Shown: piece after piece, positions 9,177 to 18,392 of the stretch
Layout of the letters: every line of letters begins with the position of its first letter
Position numbering within the stretch: position 1 is the first letter of the stretch
NCBI GenBank assembly: GCA_000004985.1
Contig: GG738926.1
DNA from: Naegleria gruberi
Taxonomy: Eukaryota
Strand: one strand, 5' to 3'
DNA length: 64,000 nucleotides
Translations under genes and position numbers: made by a program
The notes under the pieces: model-generated
Databases searched by the model: none
What the model was told of the DNA's origin: nothing
The model's input: only the letters and a program-made list of their open reading frames with translations

Positions 9177-12011
9177 TTAGATGGATTGGGTGTGAGATTT
9201 ACCATGCTTTGACATTAATTGAGCAATTAAGGAGACTCTTTTTGGGATACTGTAACTCCAAAATTCTTTTATACCTTCCAATAGCCTCTCTCGTTCATAA
9301 TTATCTTGACAATAATCCCAAATGAAAACTAGATAGAATTTGAGTTTTGAGAACCTCTTATCGATGTTATCGACAAATGATTTCTTTAGAAGGTTCTTTG
9401 TGAGACCTTCTGAATTTTCCACTTGTTTGCATTCCATGAATAATTCTATTGATTCTTCACATAATGTTCCAAAGTATTCTAATGATTCATTAAATAATTT
9501 TATGCCATCTACGCAAATTGTGTGTTGGGCACTGATATTTTGCTTGTCATATTTGAAGAATTCTGAAAGTTCCTTTCCCCAGTTCTCGTTAATTCTCAAC
9601 AAATCGAAACAGAATCTCTTGTTGGAATTGGCATTATTGGTGTGAAAATTGATATTCACAATCTCAGTTAAACTTAAAATTTGAGGACTAATCATTTGGA
9701 ATAGTTTGAATGAAGTATTGTACTGATCAGTGACAACTAAACCTTCACATTGTAGAGGATGTAAGTGCCTTCTTAGCATGGTTCTCAAATTATCTTCTAA
9801 TTCTCTTACGTCCAATACGAAAGTTTCCTGTCTATTTCCAAATAGTTCATTGAATTTTTCGTTGAGCACATTTGGTGTTGGAATATTAATGTCCTTGGAA
9901 ATTGCAAAGATATTTTCTGACTTGATACTGTTACCTGAATTCATGAAGGAATAACTTCCGTGAAGAAAGAGTTTAGTCTGATCGTATTGTACAGGTTGAA
10001 ACTTTAAACTCTTCAATAATTTTTCTTGTTCACTTCTTGTTTGGTTGTGGCTTACAATGCACAACTCGAAAACATAACATTGATTCTCTTTGAAATCTAT
10101 TTTTCCATTTTGTTTTTCTAAAGTTTTCCAAAAAAGGTCAGTAATAAATTTTTGCTCCATCTCTTCCTCATCACCAATGCCTCCAATTGATTGAGAAGTT
10201 TCACTGAATAGAGAGTCAATTCTCTTGTAGACCCCCAAGTTCCAGTTCAAATCTTTGGTGAAACGTTGCTTTTTTTGAACATCTGGACTGAATACCATCC
10301 AATCCATCTTTCCTGTGCCTTCATTCATGTAAGAAAAGACTATTATGGCTATTCCATTCAATTTCTCCATAATTAATGTACCTTTAGAGAAATCCAAGTC
10401 TGTGCTTCCTACAATCAAATCGTTGTCAAGGCCGTCATCAATAAACAAATTGAACATTGGTCTGTGATTTAGTGCTACAATTTCATACTGGTCATTTTCC
10501 AATTTCTTCAAGACAATACTCTCAAAGTATTGGCAAACATTGATCTCATTATTCATGGCCTTTGATACTTGGGTTGGATCATTCTTGGCAATTAAATACT
10601 CTTCCGTTGTGGTATATTGTACCCAGATTGGTGAGTGCTGTTTGTCAGCAACACAAAATACAAGCTCTGTACTTCCGTTTTTGTAATGATGAAGAGAAAA
10701 TGAAAAATCTCTCTTGAGAGCTTCAATGCCTTTCTTCTCAATATATTTCAAAACTTGTGAGAAATCTCTGGTTGGAGTTTCAACTTGAGAGTACTTGTCA
10801 TAATTGGAATGAATGTGAACCTTCTTTTTGCTTCTGTTTCCTCTGATAGATTTTGAACTGCTTACATTTTTTCTAACCACCAATTTATCGCTTGAGTCAT
10901 TATTCTCAGAGTAGAGGTTAGAATTAATGTATGTAAAGTGGAAAAGATAGTGCATTTCTTCACTTATTCTATCCTTGTAGTGGACTTCCAATATTTCATA
11001 CGTCTTGCTTCTCAATAGGTTCTTTTCAAAATTGGTTTCAATCAAGAGCTTTAATCTTGAAAGCATATCCAAGTAAACCTTGTTTTCTGAAATTTCAATC
11101 TCACTGTTGACTATTTCTAATAATTTCTCTGTAGATTCGTCAGCCATCTCCTCAATTTTTTTTACAATGGTACTGAATGGTTTCAATATAAACTCCCACT
11201 CTTCATTAGCAAATGAAAAGTTAATCAAGAGTTTGTCTACCTTTGTTTTTCCTTCAATAATATCTATAATTTCAGAGTTTGATCTTTCGTGTAAATCAAG
11301 CATGTCTCTTGACAGGCCCAAAAATCTAGCTGCATGAAGGAGATTCTTTGCTCCTTTTCTAAAATCACCATCGTTATTCCACAATCTTTTAGATTTTGCT
11401 ACGTGGTGTGAAATATCAGTGAGTGTGGCACTCTTAAACTTGACCAAATTGAATCCACCAATACCATCCATCTCATCCTTATTGTCTGAATAGTTGTCGT
11501 GCAATCTCAATGGATAGTAGAATTTCCTTACCAAGTCCACCTCTTCTTTCCATACATATTCACCTCTGTCACTGAATGGCATTTTCAAATAACACAACAT
11601 AATCACCCAAATATATTGTTCCTTCAACAAGTTTAGAAAATAATCCATATGATATATATTCACATTGATATTCTCAATACTATCATCTTTACATTTCAAA
11701 TCTCCCTCTATCAACATTGATCCATCAAAATAATACTTTTCCGATTTAATAATCATGATAAAATCATAATCAGAGGTAGAATCCTGACAATCACACGTTC
11801 TATACAACTTTGATCCGAACAAGTACAAATTCAAAATATCTTCTCTCTGTATCGTGAATATTGTATTACGAGTAGTAATCATCACGGAATCCACCAACTT
11901 GCTCTGCAAAATACCATCATTCAGAGTTTGTACCTGTGCAGTCGCATAGGCTGGATTATGTTGATTCTCCAAAACAAAGTTCATCACATCCGTAAGATTA
12001 AATTTAGTCAT
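9177..12011 (-). CDS. Large orphan protein (944 aa) with N-terminal Pol-beta-type nucleotidyltransferase-like motif
   Basis: A single uninterrupted ORF with a true ATG. Residues ~64-90 read LFGSKLYRTCDCQDSTSDYDFIMII, matching the NTase-fold hallmark G[GS]-x(9-13)-D-x-[DE]-hydrophobic, with a further acidic residue ~45 aa later (YHMDYF). The remaining ~800 aa have no domain I can assign. Confidence 0.55.
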   Translation of the reverse strand: MTKFNLTDVMNFVLENQHNPAYATAQVQTLNDGILQSKLVDSVMITTRNTIFTIQREDILNLYLFGSKLYRTCDCQDSTSDYDFIMIIKSEKYYFDGSMLIEGDLKCKDDSIENINVNIYHMDYFLNLLKEQYIWVIMLCYLKMPFSDRGEYVWKEEVDLVRKFYYPLRLHDNYSDNKDEMDGIGGFNLVKFKSATLTDISHHVAKSKRLWNNDGDFRKGAKNLLHAARFLGLSRDMLDLHERSNSEIIDIIEGKTKVDKLLINFSFANEEWEFILKPFSTIVKKIEEMADESTEKLLEIVNSEIEISENKVYLDMLSRLKLLIETNFEKNLLRSKTYEILEVHYKDRISEEMHYLFHFTYINSNLYSENNDSSDKLVVRKNVSSSKSIRGNRSKKKVHIHSNYDKYSQVETPTRDFSQVLKYIEKKGIEALKRDFSFSLHHYKNGSTELVFCVADKQHSPIWVQYTTTEEYLIAKNDPTQVSKAMNNEINVCQYFESIVLKKLENDQYEIVALNHRPMFNLFIDDGLDNDLIVGSTDLDFSKGTLIMEKLNGIAIIVFSYMNEGTGKMDWMVFSPDVQKKQRFTKDLNWNLGVYKRIDSLFSETSQSIGGIGDEEEMEQKFITDLFWKTLEKQNGKIDFKENQCYVFELCIVSHNQTRSEQEKLLKSLKFQPVQYDQTKLFLHGSYSFMNSGNSIKSENIFAISKDINIPTPNVLNEKFNELFGNRQETFVLDVRELEDNLRTMLRRHLHPLQCEGLVVTDQYNTSFKLFQMISPQILSLTEIVNINFHTNNANSNKRFCFDLLRINENWGKELSEFFKYDKQNISAQHTICVDGIKLFNESLEYFGTLCEESIELFMECKQVENSEGLTKNLLKKSFVDNIDKRFSKLKFYLVFIWDYCQDNYERERLLEGIKEFWSYSIPKRVSLIAQLMSKHGKSHTQSI

Positions 12012-12188
12012 TTTTTTGTGTTTTGTGTTTTTGGGTTGTTTTCAGAGTTGCACCATCATCACAATCCGCGTGCGTGTTTGTGGGAGTGTATGTCTCACGT
12101 TTTTGCATTTTTTTTAATATTAAATATCTTAATGGGTTTACAATGAAAATTAAATAGTATTGGTGATTTCAAATAAACTTGATAAAAA

Positions 12189-13904
12189 ATGACTCAACAT
12201 GATACGGTAAAAGTTTTGCTGATTGATTTTTTAGATCAGCGAATAGAAACTCAACAATTTCTCCGATGCAAATTCCAACAGCAACAATTAGGAAGAATGA
12301 AATATTTGAAAAGAAGAGAGGAAAATTTGAGGAATTGTAAAGATTGGTTTCCCATTGAATTTGCAAAAGATAAATATTTTGTCATCAACCAAAAGTCCAT
12401 TGCAAGGGCAAAGATCTTTCGTCTACTTTCGGATGAATTAAAGAATGATAACGATGTTATTATTAGCTGCTACTCATATTTCGTTCATTTCAGTGATTAT
12501 TACAATGTTTTGATGAATTTATTGAAATCTAAAGAATTAGCTGAAGAATTTTTGAAACGAAACAAAGTTAGCAATTTTAATTTTGATCCACAAACGTGGA
12601 AAAATACAGAACTTTGTAAAATGTATTTAAGAAATTTGAAATATCCCAGGTCGAATGTTAGGCAATTTGATGATGAATTTATAGTGGAAGCTTCATGGTT
12701 CAATGTTTCTTATTTTAGACATGGATCAGTAGAATTGAGACGAAATAGAGAGGTGGTGCTGAAACTTTGTAAACATAACGGAATGGTGATTCAATATGTT
12801 AATGCAAAATTGAGATTTGATAGAGAAATAATATTGGAAACTCTGAAAAATTGTCCTTCAGCCATTGAGTTTATTCCAAATGAATTGAAATTCGAAAGAG
12901 ATTTAATTAATCAAGTATTTATTCATCACTATAGTGATGAGATCAACCTTGAGGATTTATCAGATGATATTGTATGGTTACGGACCTATTTGAAACTCTT
13001 TGGAATTAATAATATTCCAAGAACATGGTCAAGGAAATATTCGAATAACAAAGAGCTCATGATGGAATATATCAAAGAGAATGGAGATTATTTGAAATTC
13101 GTCTCTATGGAACTGAAAAATGATAAGGAATTAGTTTTGCAAGCTGTGAAAAATTCAGGCCTTGCCATTTACTATGCCTCTGAAGAATTGAAGCGAGATA
13201 GGGAAATAGTTTTGGAGGCAGTTAAGCAGGATGGTACTGCTTACAATTATGTGGCTCCTCATTTCTCTTCTGATAAGGAAATTATCTCATTGGCTCTTTG
13301 CAGAGATTCGAATTTTTTCAATCTTGCATCTGAAAGTTTGAAAAATGATTATGAATTTGTGATGGATATAGTATCAACAAGAGGAATGATATTGAAATTT
13401 CTACCAGAAACACTAATGAATAACAGGACAATTAATTTGGCAGCTATTTTAAATAATGGAAGAGTTATTGAATTTTCTCCTTTCAAACATGATCCAGAAA
13501 TATTGAATCAGGTGGTTAAAGTAGTTCCTTATTATTACTTGAGATTTGTAGATTTATCAATGTTTTCGGATGAAACCTTGATTGAGGCAGTAAGATTTTC
13601 TGAAGATCCTTTTTTAATCACCAAAAGAGCTAACTATTTGGATTTGCTACAACGATCTATTGAATACAATGTGCGTTTGGCATCTTCATTTCCATATGAA
13701 CATTTGACTGAACAACTGGTGTTGAAATTCATTAGAATGGATGGTTCTGTAATCGAATATCATAATATTAAGCGATTCATTCATTCAGACAAATCAAAAT
13801 ATTTCATCGAAGCTGTCAAATCAAATGGATTCTTCACTGAATTCGATCAGGAATTGTATCGACTGAGATTGAGTGAAGAATATCACGGAGCTATCATGCA
13901 CTAA
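12189..13904 (+). CDS. DUF4116 repeat-containing protein
   Basis: 571 aa. It contains at least 6 tandem ~48-aa units of the form ELKNDKELVLQAVKNSGLAIYYASEELKRDREIVLEAVKQDG..., the characteristic protist DUF4116 repeat. Confidence 0.65.
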   Translation: MTQHDTVKVLLIDFLDQRIETQQFLRCKFQQQQLGRMKYLKRREENLRNCKDWFPIEFAKDKYFVINQKSIARAKIFRLLSDELKNDNDVIISCYSYFVHFSDYYNVLMNLLKSKELAEEFLKRNKVSNFNFDPQTWKNTELCKMYLRNLKYPRSNVRQFDDEFIVEASWFNVSYFRHGSVELRRNREVVLKLCKHNGMVIQYVNAKLRFDREIILETLKNCPSAIEFIPNELKFERDLINQVFIHHYSDEINLEDLSDDIVWLRTYLKLFGINNIPRTWSRKYSNNKELMMEYIKENGDYLKFVSMELKNDKELVLQAVKNSGLAIYYASEELKRDREIVLEAVKQDGTAYNYVAPHFSSDKEIISLALCRDSNFFNLASESLKNDYEFVMDIVSTRGMILKFLPETLMNNRTINLAAILNNGRVIEFSPFKHDPEILNQVVKVVPYYYLRFVDLSMFSDETLIEAVRFSEDPFLITKRANYLDLLQRSIEYNVRLASSFPYEHLTEQLVLKFIRMDGSVIEYHNIKRFIHSDKSKYFIEAVKSNGFFTEFDQELYRLRLSEEYHGAIMH

Positions 13905-14211
13905 TAAGACTAGATTAGTATTTACAGAAAGATTAATATTTTTGTAAAGAAATAGACATTTGTGGGGATGCTGAAATAAACGATATATTATCTCTAGATA
14001 TTATAATATTTCAACGAACACTGCCAATACTTCACTCTCCCATCATAAGACAATTCACCATTTTGAATTATTTATGAAGGTTACATTTTTTAACAACAGG
14101 TTCCTTGGAAACTTTACAAAAACTATAAATAGAACTTTTTGCGTTTATTTCATTCAATTCATGTTCAAAAAAAAATTCACAATTAATTAATTAGAAAATT
14201 GCACAGTAAAG

Positions 14212-15768
14212 ATGCTTCTATCAAATGTTGCTGAGTTGGCCAATTCTGTTGGCTCGGATTCGTCCGTTGGTTTATTCGGATATCCAATAATGATTGTTTC
14301 ACTTATTGGAATGTTGGGTTCTTTCTTCTTGTGGTATGCAAGAATGATTTTTGGCAATTTATTGTTTAGATGGATGTTTTATCAATTGAATTTGTCTGAT
14401 ACTTGCATTGAATATGCTTGGTTTAGTTTGTGGTTCTCACACCATCCTTATACCAAAAATGGAAGTACTCATGTTAAACCATTCCAAAAAACAACCAAAC
14501 TTAGAGTTAATAGAACAAATGAACCAAAGGAAGAAGACTCAATTGCCACTTCAAATATTTCAGAAATGATTTCCAATTTGAAAGTCAACTTTGTTCCGAG
14601 TTATGGAATTCACATCTTGTACAGAAATTCTGAACCACTCATAGTTTCCATTTCCATTAATACCAATCAAAATAATAATGCCTACAACACAGAGGAGAAA
14701 ACTCGTGAAGATATTGTCATTTGGAAACCAAGACATTTCCTCACTGATTACCTTATCAAATTTTTATTTCCATGTCAAGATGGAGTGAACAATTGTAATT
14801 CAGTAATTGATATGTTGGAAAAGGCAGGAGTTGCCAAAGAGTTCCTCTCCTTTAATCCAACCTATCCTCAATCTATTGAGAATGCCTACTCTGTATTTCG
14901 TGAATTATTGTGTGACTGTTTCTATGTCCATACTCTCATGACCAGAGAAAAGACCACAATTTACACACCTTATTTCTCCCAATGGGTTTTGGCATCTTTC
15001 AAGGAGAAACGTGCTCAACATACTGTCATTCTCGATGAAGGAGTTTGGGAAGATTTACACAATGACGTTTCCAAATTCTTAAAATCAAAGCAATGGTACA
15101 AAGATAGAGGAATTCCATACAGAAGAGGATATTTACTTTATGGAGAACCTGGATGTGGTAAGACAACGACCATCTCATCAATTGCTGCCTGTTTGAATAT
15201 GAATATTTGTGTATTTACCTTAGATTCTCAAACCAATGACACTTCATTGAATTCCTTATTTTCAACAGTTCCTCCAAATTCAATTCTTGTCTTTGAAGAT
15301 ATTGATTCAATCTTTCCAAAGGAAGAAGATGAGAAAAAGTCAGATTCTGCCACAGATGAAGTTTCACACGGTAGATCAGTTGTCAAGACCAATACCAAAA
15401 GTACATTTTCCACAATTTTGAATTGTTTGGATGGTATTTCATCTCAAGAATCGAGAATTGTCTTTATGACCACCAATTTTAAGGAGAAACTTCCACCTGC
15501 ATTGATTAGAAATGGAAGAATTGATAGAAAGATTTATTTGGGACTTGCCACAAAGCATCAATTCTACAAAATGACTCAAAACTTTTATCCTGAGGAATAT
15601 GTTAAGGAGAAAGTTGACGAAATGTGGGAAAATATGAAAGAATATAGTTTCGGAATGGCCAATTTGCAAGGTTTCTTTTTGAGAAATGAAACTTTGGATG
15701 CAGCTGTCAAATCTTCCAAGAATTTTGAAATGTACATGAAGGAGGAAGAAACTCAAACTCAATTGTAA
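14212..15768 (+). CDS. Mitochondrial chaperone BCS1-like AAA+ ATPase
   Basis: 518 aa. N-terminal TM/BCS1_N region, Walker A YLLYGEPGCGKTT, Walker B ILVFEDIDS, and a second-region-of-homology-like TTNFKEKLPPALIRNGRIDRKIYL. Confidence 0.85.
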   Translation: MLLSNVAELANSVGSDSSVGLFGYPIMIVSLIGMLGSFFLWYARMIFGNLLFRWMFYQLNLSDTCIEYAWFSLWFSHHPYTKNGSTHVKPFQKTTKLRVNRTNEPKEEDSIATSNISEMISNLKVNFVPSYGIHILYRNSEPLIVSISINTNQNNNAYNTEEKTREDIVIWKPRHFLTDYLIKFLFPCQDGVNNCNSVIDMLEKAGVAKEFLSFNPTYPQSIENAYSVFRELLCDCFYVHTLMTREKTTIYTPYFSQWVLASFKEKRAQHTVILDEGVWEDLHNDVSKFLKSKQWYKDRGIPYRRGYLLYGEPGCGKTTTISSIAACLNMNICVFTLDSQTNDTSLNSLFSTVPPNSILVFEDIDSIFPKEEDEKKSDSATDEVSHGRSVVKTNTKSTFSTILNCLDGISSQESRIVFMTTNFKEKLPPALIRNGRIDRKIYLGLATKHQFYKMTQNFYPEEYVKEKVDEMWENMKEYSFGMANLQGFFLRNETLDAAVKSSKNFEMYMKEEETQTQL

Positions 15769-16170
15769 ATATAATTTGACAACATTTGTAAATAAATAAT
15801 TAGGGAACTCAATTAACAAAAAATTTGATCTTTTCAAAGAGAGCTTATAAACAATTAAGCAAATATACAGGAGAGAATACAGAAAATCAGAGATAAGACT
15901 TTCTAGACCACCATTACACTTATTAGGATGAATACATCCAAACTGGGTACTCCTGTTGCCATTTCTCAATTTTCTCCAACATCAGCTCGAGCAAGCTCAG
16001 TAGTGCGACCAGTTTTGGTGCACCTTATTGCTATTTCGCCACAATTACGAATCAGCAAAAAAAGAGCTACTCTCAAACACACAACATTCACCCAACACAA
16101 AATTGTTTTATTGATGAATCATCTAGTTAAACTATTAAGCAGAATAATCACACCTTAGTAAATATTAAGT

Positions 16171-17046
16171 ATGTCCGTTAAGAAGATAGTGCCTGTGAAT
16201 TCGGGCCAACAACAACATGTCGATACATCTTCATCATTTGCCGTTACGAGTCATAAAGTTCTCAGTCGTTTATCAAATATTAAGGCCTCCGAAGAACCTC
16301 TCACATCGGATGGTGGCAATAATTTTCACACAGGACGAGGATTCTGCGTAGACTCACTCTGTTCACTCAAGACAATGCTCATCTCATTTCTGGTGATCTC
16401 TCTCTTTATAACATGCCTCATCATTTGGATCATTTTAATGATTTTGTCTTCACAACAAGTTGAAATTTCAATGGGAATTGCCTCAATAGTCGTGTGGTGC
16501 ACATTCGTCGTATCTTTGATAGTATTTTCCATTCTGACATCTCTGGGAGTGTCCACTCTGATAAGGAAACCCATCACGGAATTAACTCGACAACTCTTTC
16601 GCATGAAAACATTAAGGTTTGACTCTGTGAAAAAGCTCAAATCCATTTTGTATGAATTCATTCCACTATTCACTGTGTTTTTCGATTTGAATAATTTAAT
16701 GAAGGATATTAGACCTTTCATTCCCGAATCCATCACTCGGCAGTCGGATGATGATGAAGCTGAACTTGAGGAACAACAAAGGGAAGAAGAACGAAAACAA
16801 TTACACATGATGCAATTGAGAAAATCCATCTTTTCTGCATCATCTGCTGGAATACCAACTCCTTCCATTGCTAATTCATCAGCAGCAAACAATGGTGGAG
16901 GTGGAGGATTGGCCATTCCACCCTCCATTCAACCTCCTCCAGCTGTGGCCACAATGACCATCAATGGACTTCCTCCTCCAAATCCAAATGTATCCGGCAC
17001 AGGATCTTCATCACCATCAATCCAATGCTTACAGTTTCCTCTGTGA
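16171..17046 (+). CDS. N-terminal membrane part of a putative class III nucleotidyl-cyclase-like protein (two TM helices + low-complexity linker)
   Basis: 291 aa with a true ATG. Two TM helices (LISFLVISLFITCLIIWIILMIL and IVVWCTFVVSLIVFSILTSLGV), then a Q/E/S/G/P-rich linker. The 3' end overlaps the next ORF in another frame, so this is probably the same gene (see next feature and findings). Confidence 0.45.
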   Translation: MSVKKIVPVNSGQQQHVDTSSSFAVTSHKVLSRLSNIKASEEPLTSDGGNNFHTGRGFCVDSLCSLKTMLISFLVISLFITCLIIWIILMILSSQQVEISMGIASIVVWCTFVVSLIVFSILTSLGVSTLIRKPITELTRQLFRMKTLRFDSVKKLKSILYEFIPLFTVFFDLNNLMKDIRPFIPESITRQSDDDEAELEEQQREEERKQLHMMQLRKSIFSASSAGIPTPSIANSSAANNGGGGGLAIPPSIQPPPAVATMTINGLPPPNPNVSGTGSSSPSIQCLQFPL

Positions 17047-18167
17047 ACAAATTAAGAAAGGCAGTGAGTAAGGTAGGAGTTGTGGTTGCACTCTCAAAGT
17101 CAAGAAAATCCTTTGCTTTGGAAGGGACACATGCTGTAAATCATCATGATTCTGTTAGTGATCATGGTAGTGTAAATAATTCAGTAGGTGCAGCAGCTGT
17201 TAAGGACGCTAATGCAGAGAGAACAGTTGGATTTTCACCTCAGCTGTCGAACAATTTAGGCCTAGGACTAACCTCACACATTACAACAATAATTATCATT
17301 CAATTTAGAAATTTTGATGGTAAATCGTATCCGAATACTGCTGATTTGCTTGCTGTATTTACATTACTCTTCCAAAAGGTTCAAAGTGCCAGCAGACAAT
17401 ATAAAGGAAGATGTTCGATTATTACACCAAAAGTTCTAATGGTTAGTTTTGATGTTGGAATGAATGTTGAAAGAAATGCTCTACTCTGTGCACTGCAGTT
17501 GGATAAACAAATGCAATCAGTCAATTCACAACTTGAAGAACAAGTCAACTTGCCAAAAATTGAGTATGGCATTGGAGTTTCTCGATCAGAATGTCTCGTA
17601 GGTAATGTTGGTACTTCAGCAGTGAGATTTGCAGCATTAATTGGTGCATGCTCGAGTAATGCATTGAGATTGGCTGCATTGTGTGCCTATTTTGGAACCT
17701 CAATTTTAACAGATGAATCCTTGGCATTGCCATTACAAACAGGATTCATCACAAGAGCTGTGCATTTCATGCAGAAGAAATCAATATTTGATAGTGAGAA
17801 ATTGAGTTTGGATGATGGAGGCGATGATCGTCAAGTGATTTATCAATTACTTGCTGAGAATCGTGTAAATGATGACGAATGGCTCTATGAATTGGAACAA
17901 CAGGAAAATAACAACAAATATAGAGAATTCGATCAGGCATTTGGGTTGTTGAGAGGAGATGTAAATATTGAACTGCTAGGTGAGATTTGTGAAGTGTTTG
18001 GAACCTATTCCACAAAGAATCCTCAAGATAAGGTTGTTTCCTTACTGTATACTCAATTGTCTGATTATTTAAAGCTAGATACGAAAGAAGTGGAAAGTGC
18101 TGTGAGGTCGTTTAGCTTGGAAAAGACTGATATTCCACTCCATACAGATCCATCATTTATTCTGTAA
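17025..18167 (+). CDS. Class III adenylyl/guanylyl cyclase homology domain (continuation of 16171..17046 via frameshift or unresolved intron)
   Basis: ITTIIIIQFRNFDG...ITPKVLMVSFDVGM...KIEYGIGVSRSECLVGNVGTSAVRFAALIGACSSNALRLAALCAYFGTSILTDES matches the CHD order: metal-Asp motifs, then [RK]IG[IV]..G....G.VG, then the N.A.R transition-state pair. The first codon in the track is not a credible independent start. Confidence 0.5.
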   Translation: MLTVSSVNKLRKAVSKVGVVVALSKSRKSFALEGTHAVNHHDSVSDHGSVNNSVGAAAVKDANAERTVGFSPQLSNNLGLGLTSHITTIIIIQFRNFDGKSYPNTADLLAVFTLLFQKVQSASRQYKGRCSIITPKVLMVSFDVGMNVERNALLCALQLDKQMQSVNSQLEEQVNLPKIEYGIGVSRSECLVGNVGTSAVRFAALIGACSSNALRLAALCAYFGTSILTDESLALPLQTGFITRAVHFMQKKSIFDSEKLSLDDGGDDRQVIYQLLAENRVNDDEWLYELEQQENNNKYREFDQAFGLLRGDVNIELLGEICEVFGTYSTKNPQDKVVSLLYTQLSDYLKLDTKEVESAVRSFSLEKTDIPLHTDPSFIL

Positions 18168-18392
18168 ACATGTTTGTCAGGATGAATGGAAGAGATGGAC
18201 AGAGAGGATTTAAGATATTTAACGAAATTTGTGGATTCGCTTATGGCTGACATTAAATCCTGCATATTTGAAAGATTACAATGGATCAATAGAGAATTGG
18301 AAAATAATGAGGAATCTGATATTATAAGGTCTTTTTTTAATAGTGATAGCTGAACTGTCAATCAGTCGACTTACATAATAATAAATTACAGT

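Noticed and set aside
15928-16158. 76-aa ORF in a relatively GC-richer patch between the BCS1-like and cyclase-like genes
   Set aside because: No ATG-context support or motif. More likely 5'-UTR or promoter sequence of the downstream gene. A possible ncRNA cannot be judged from sequence alone.
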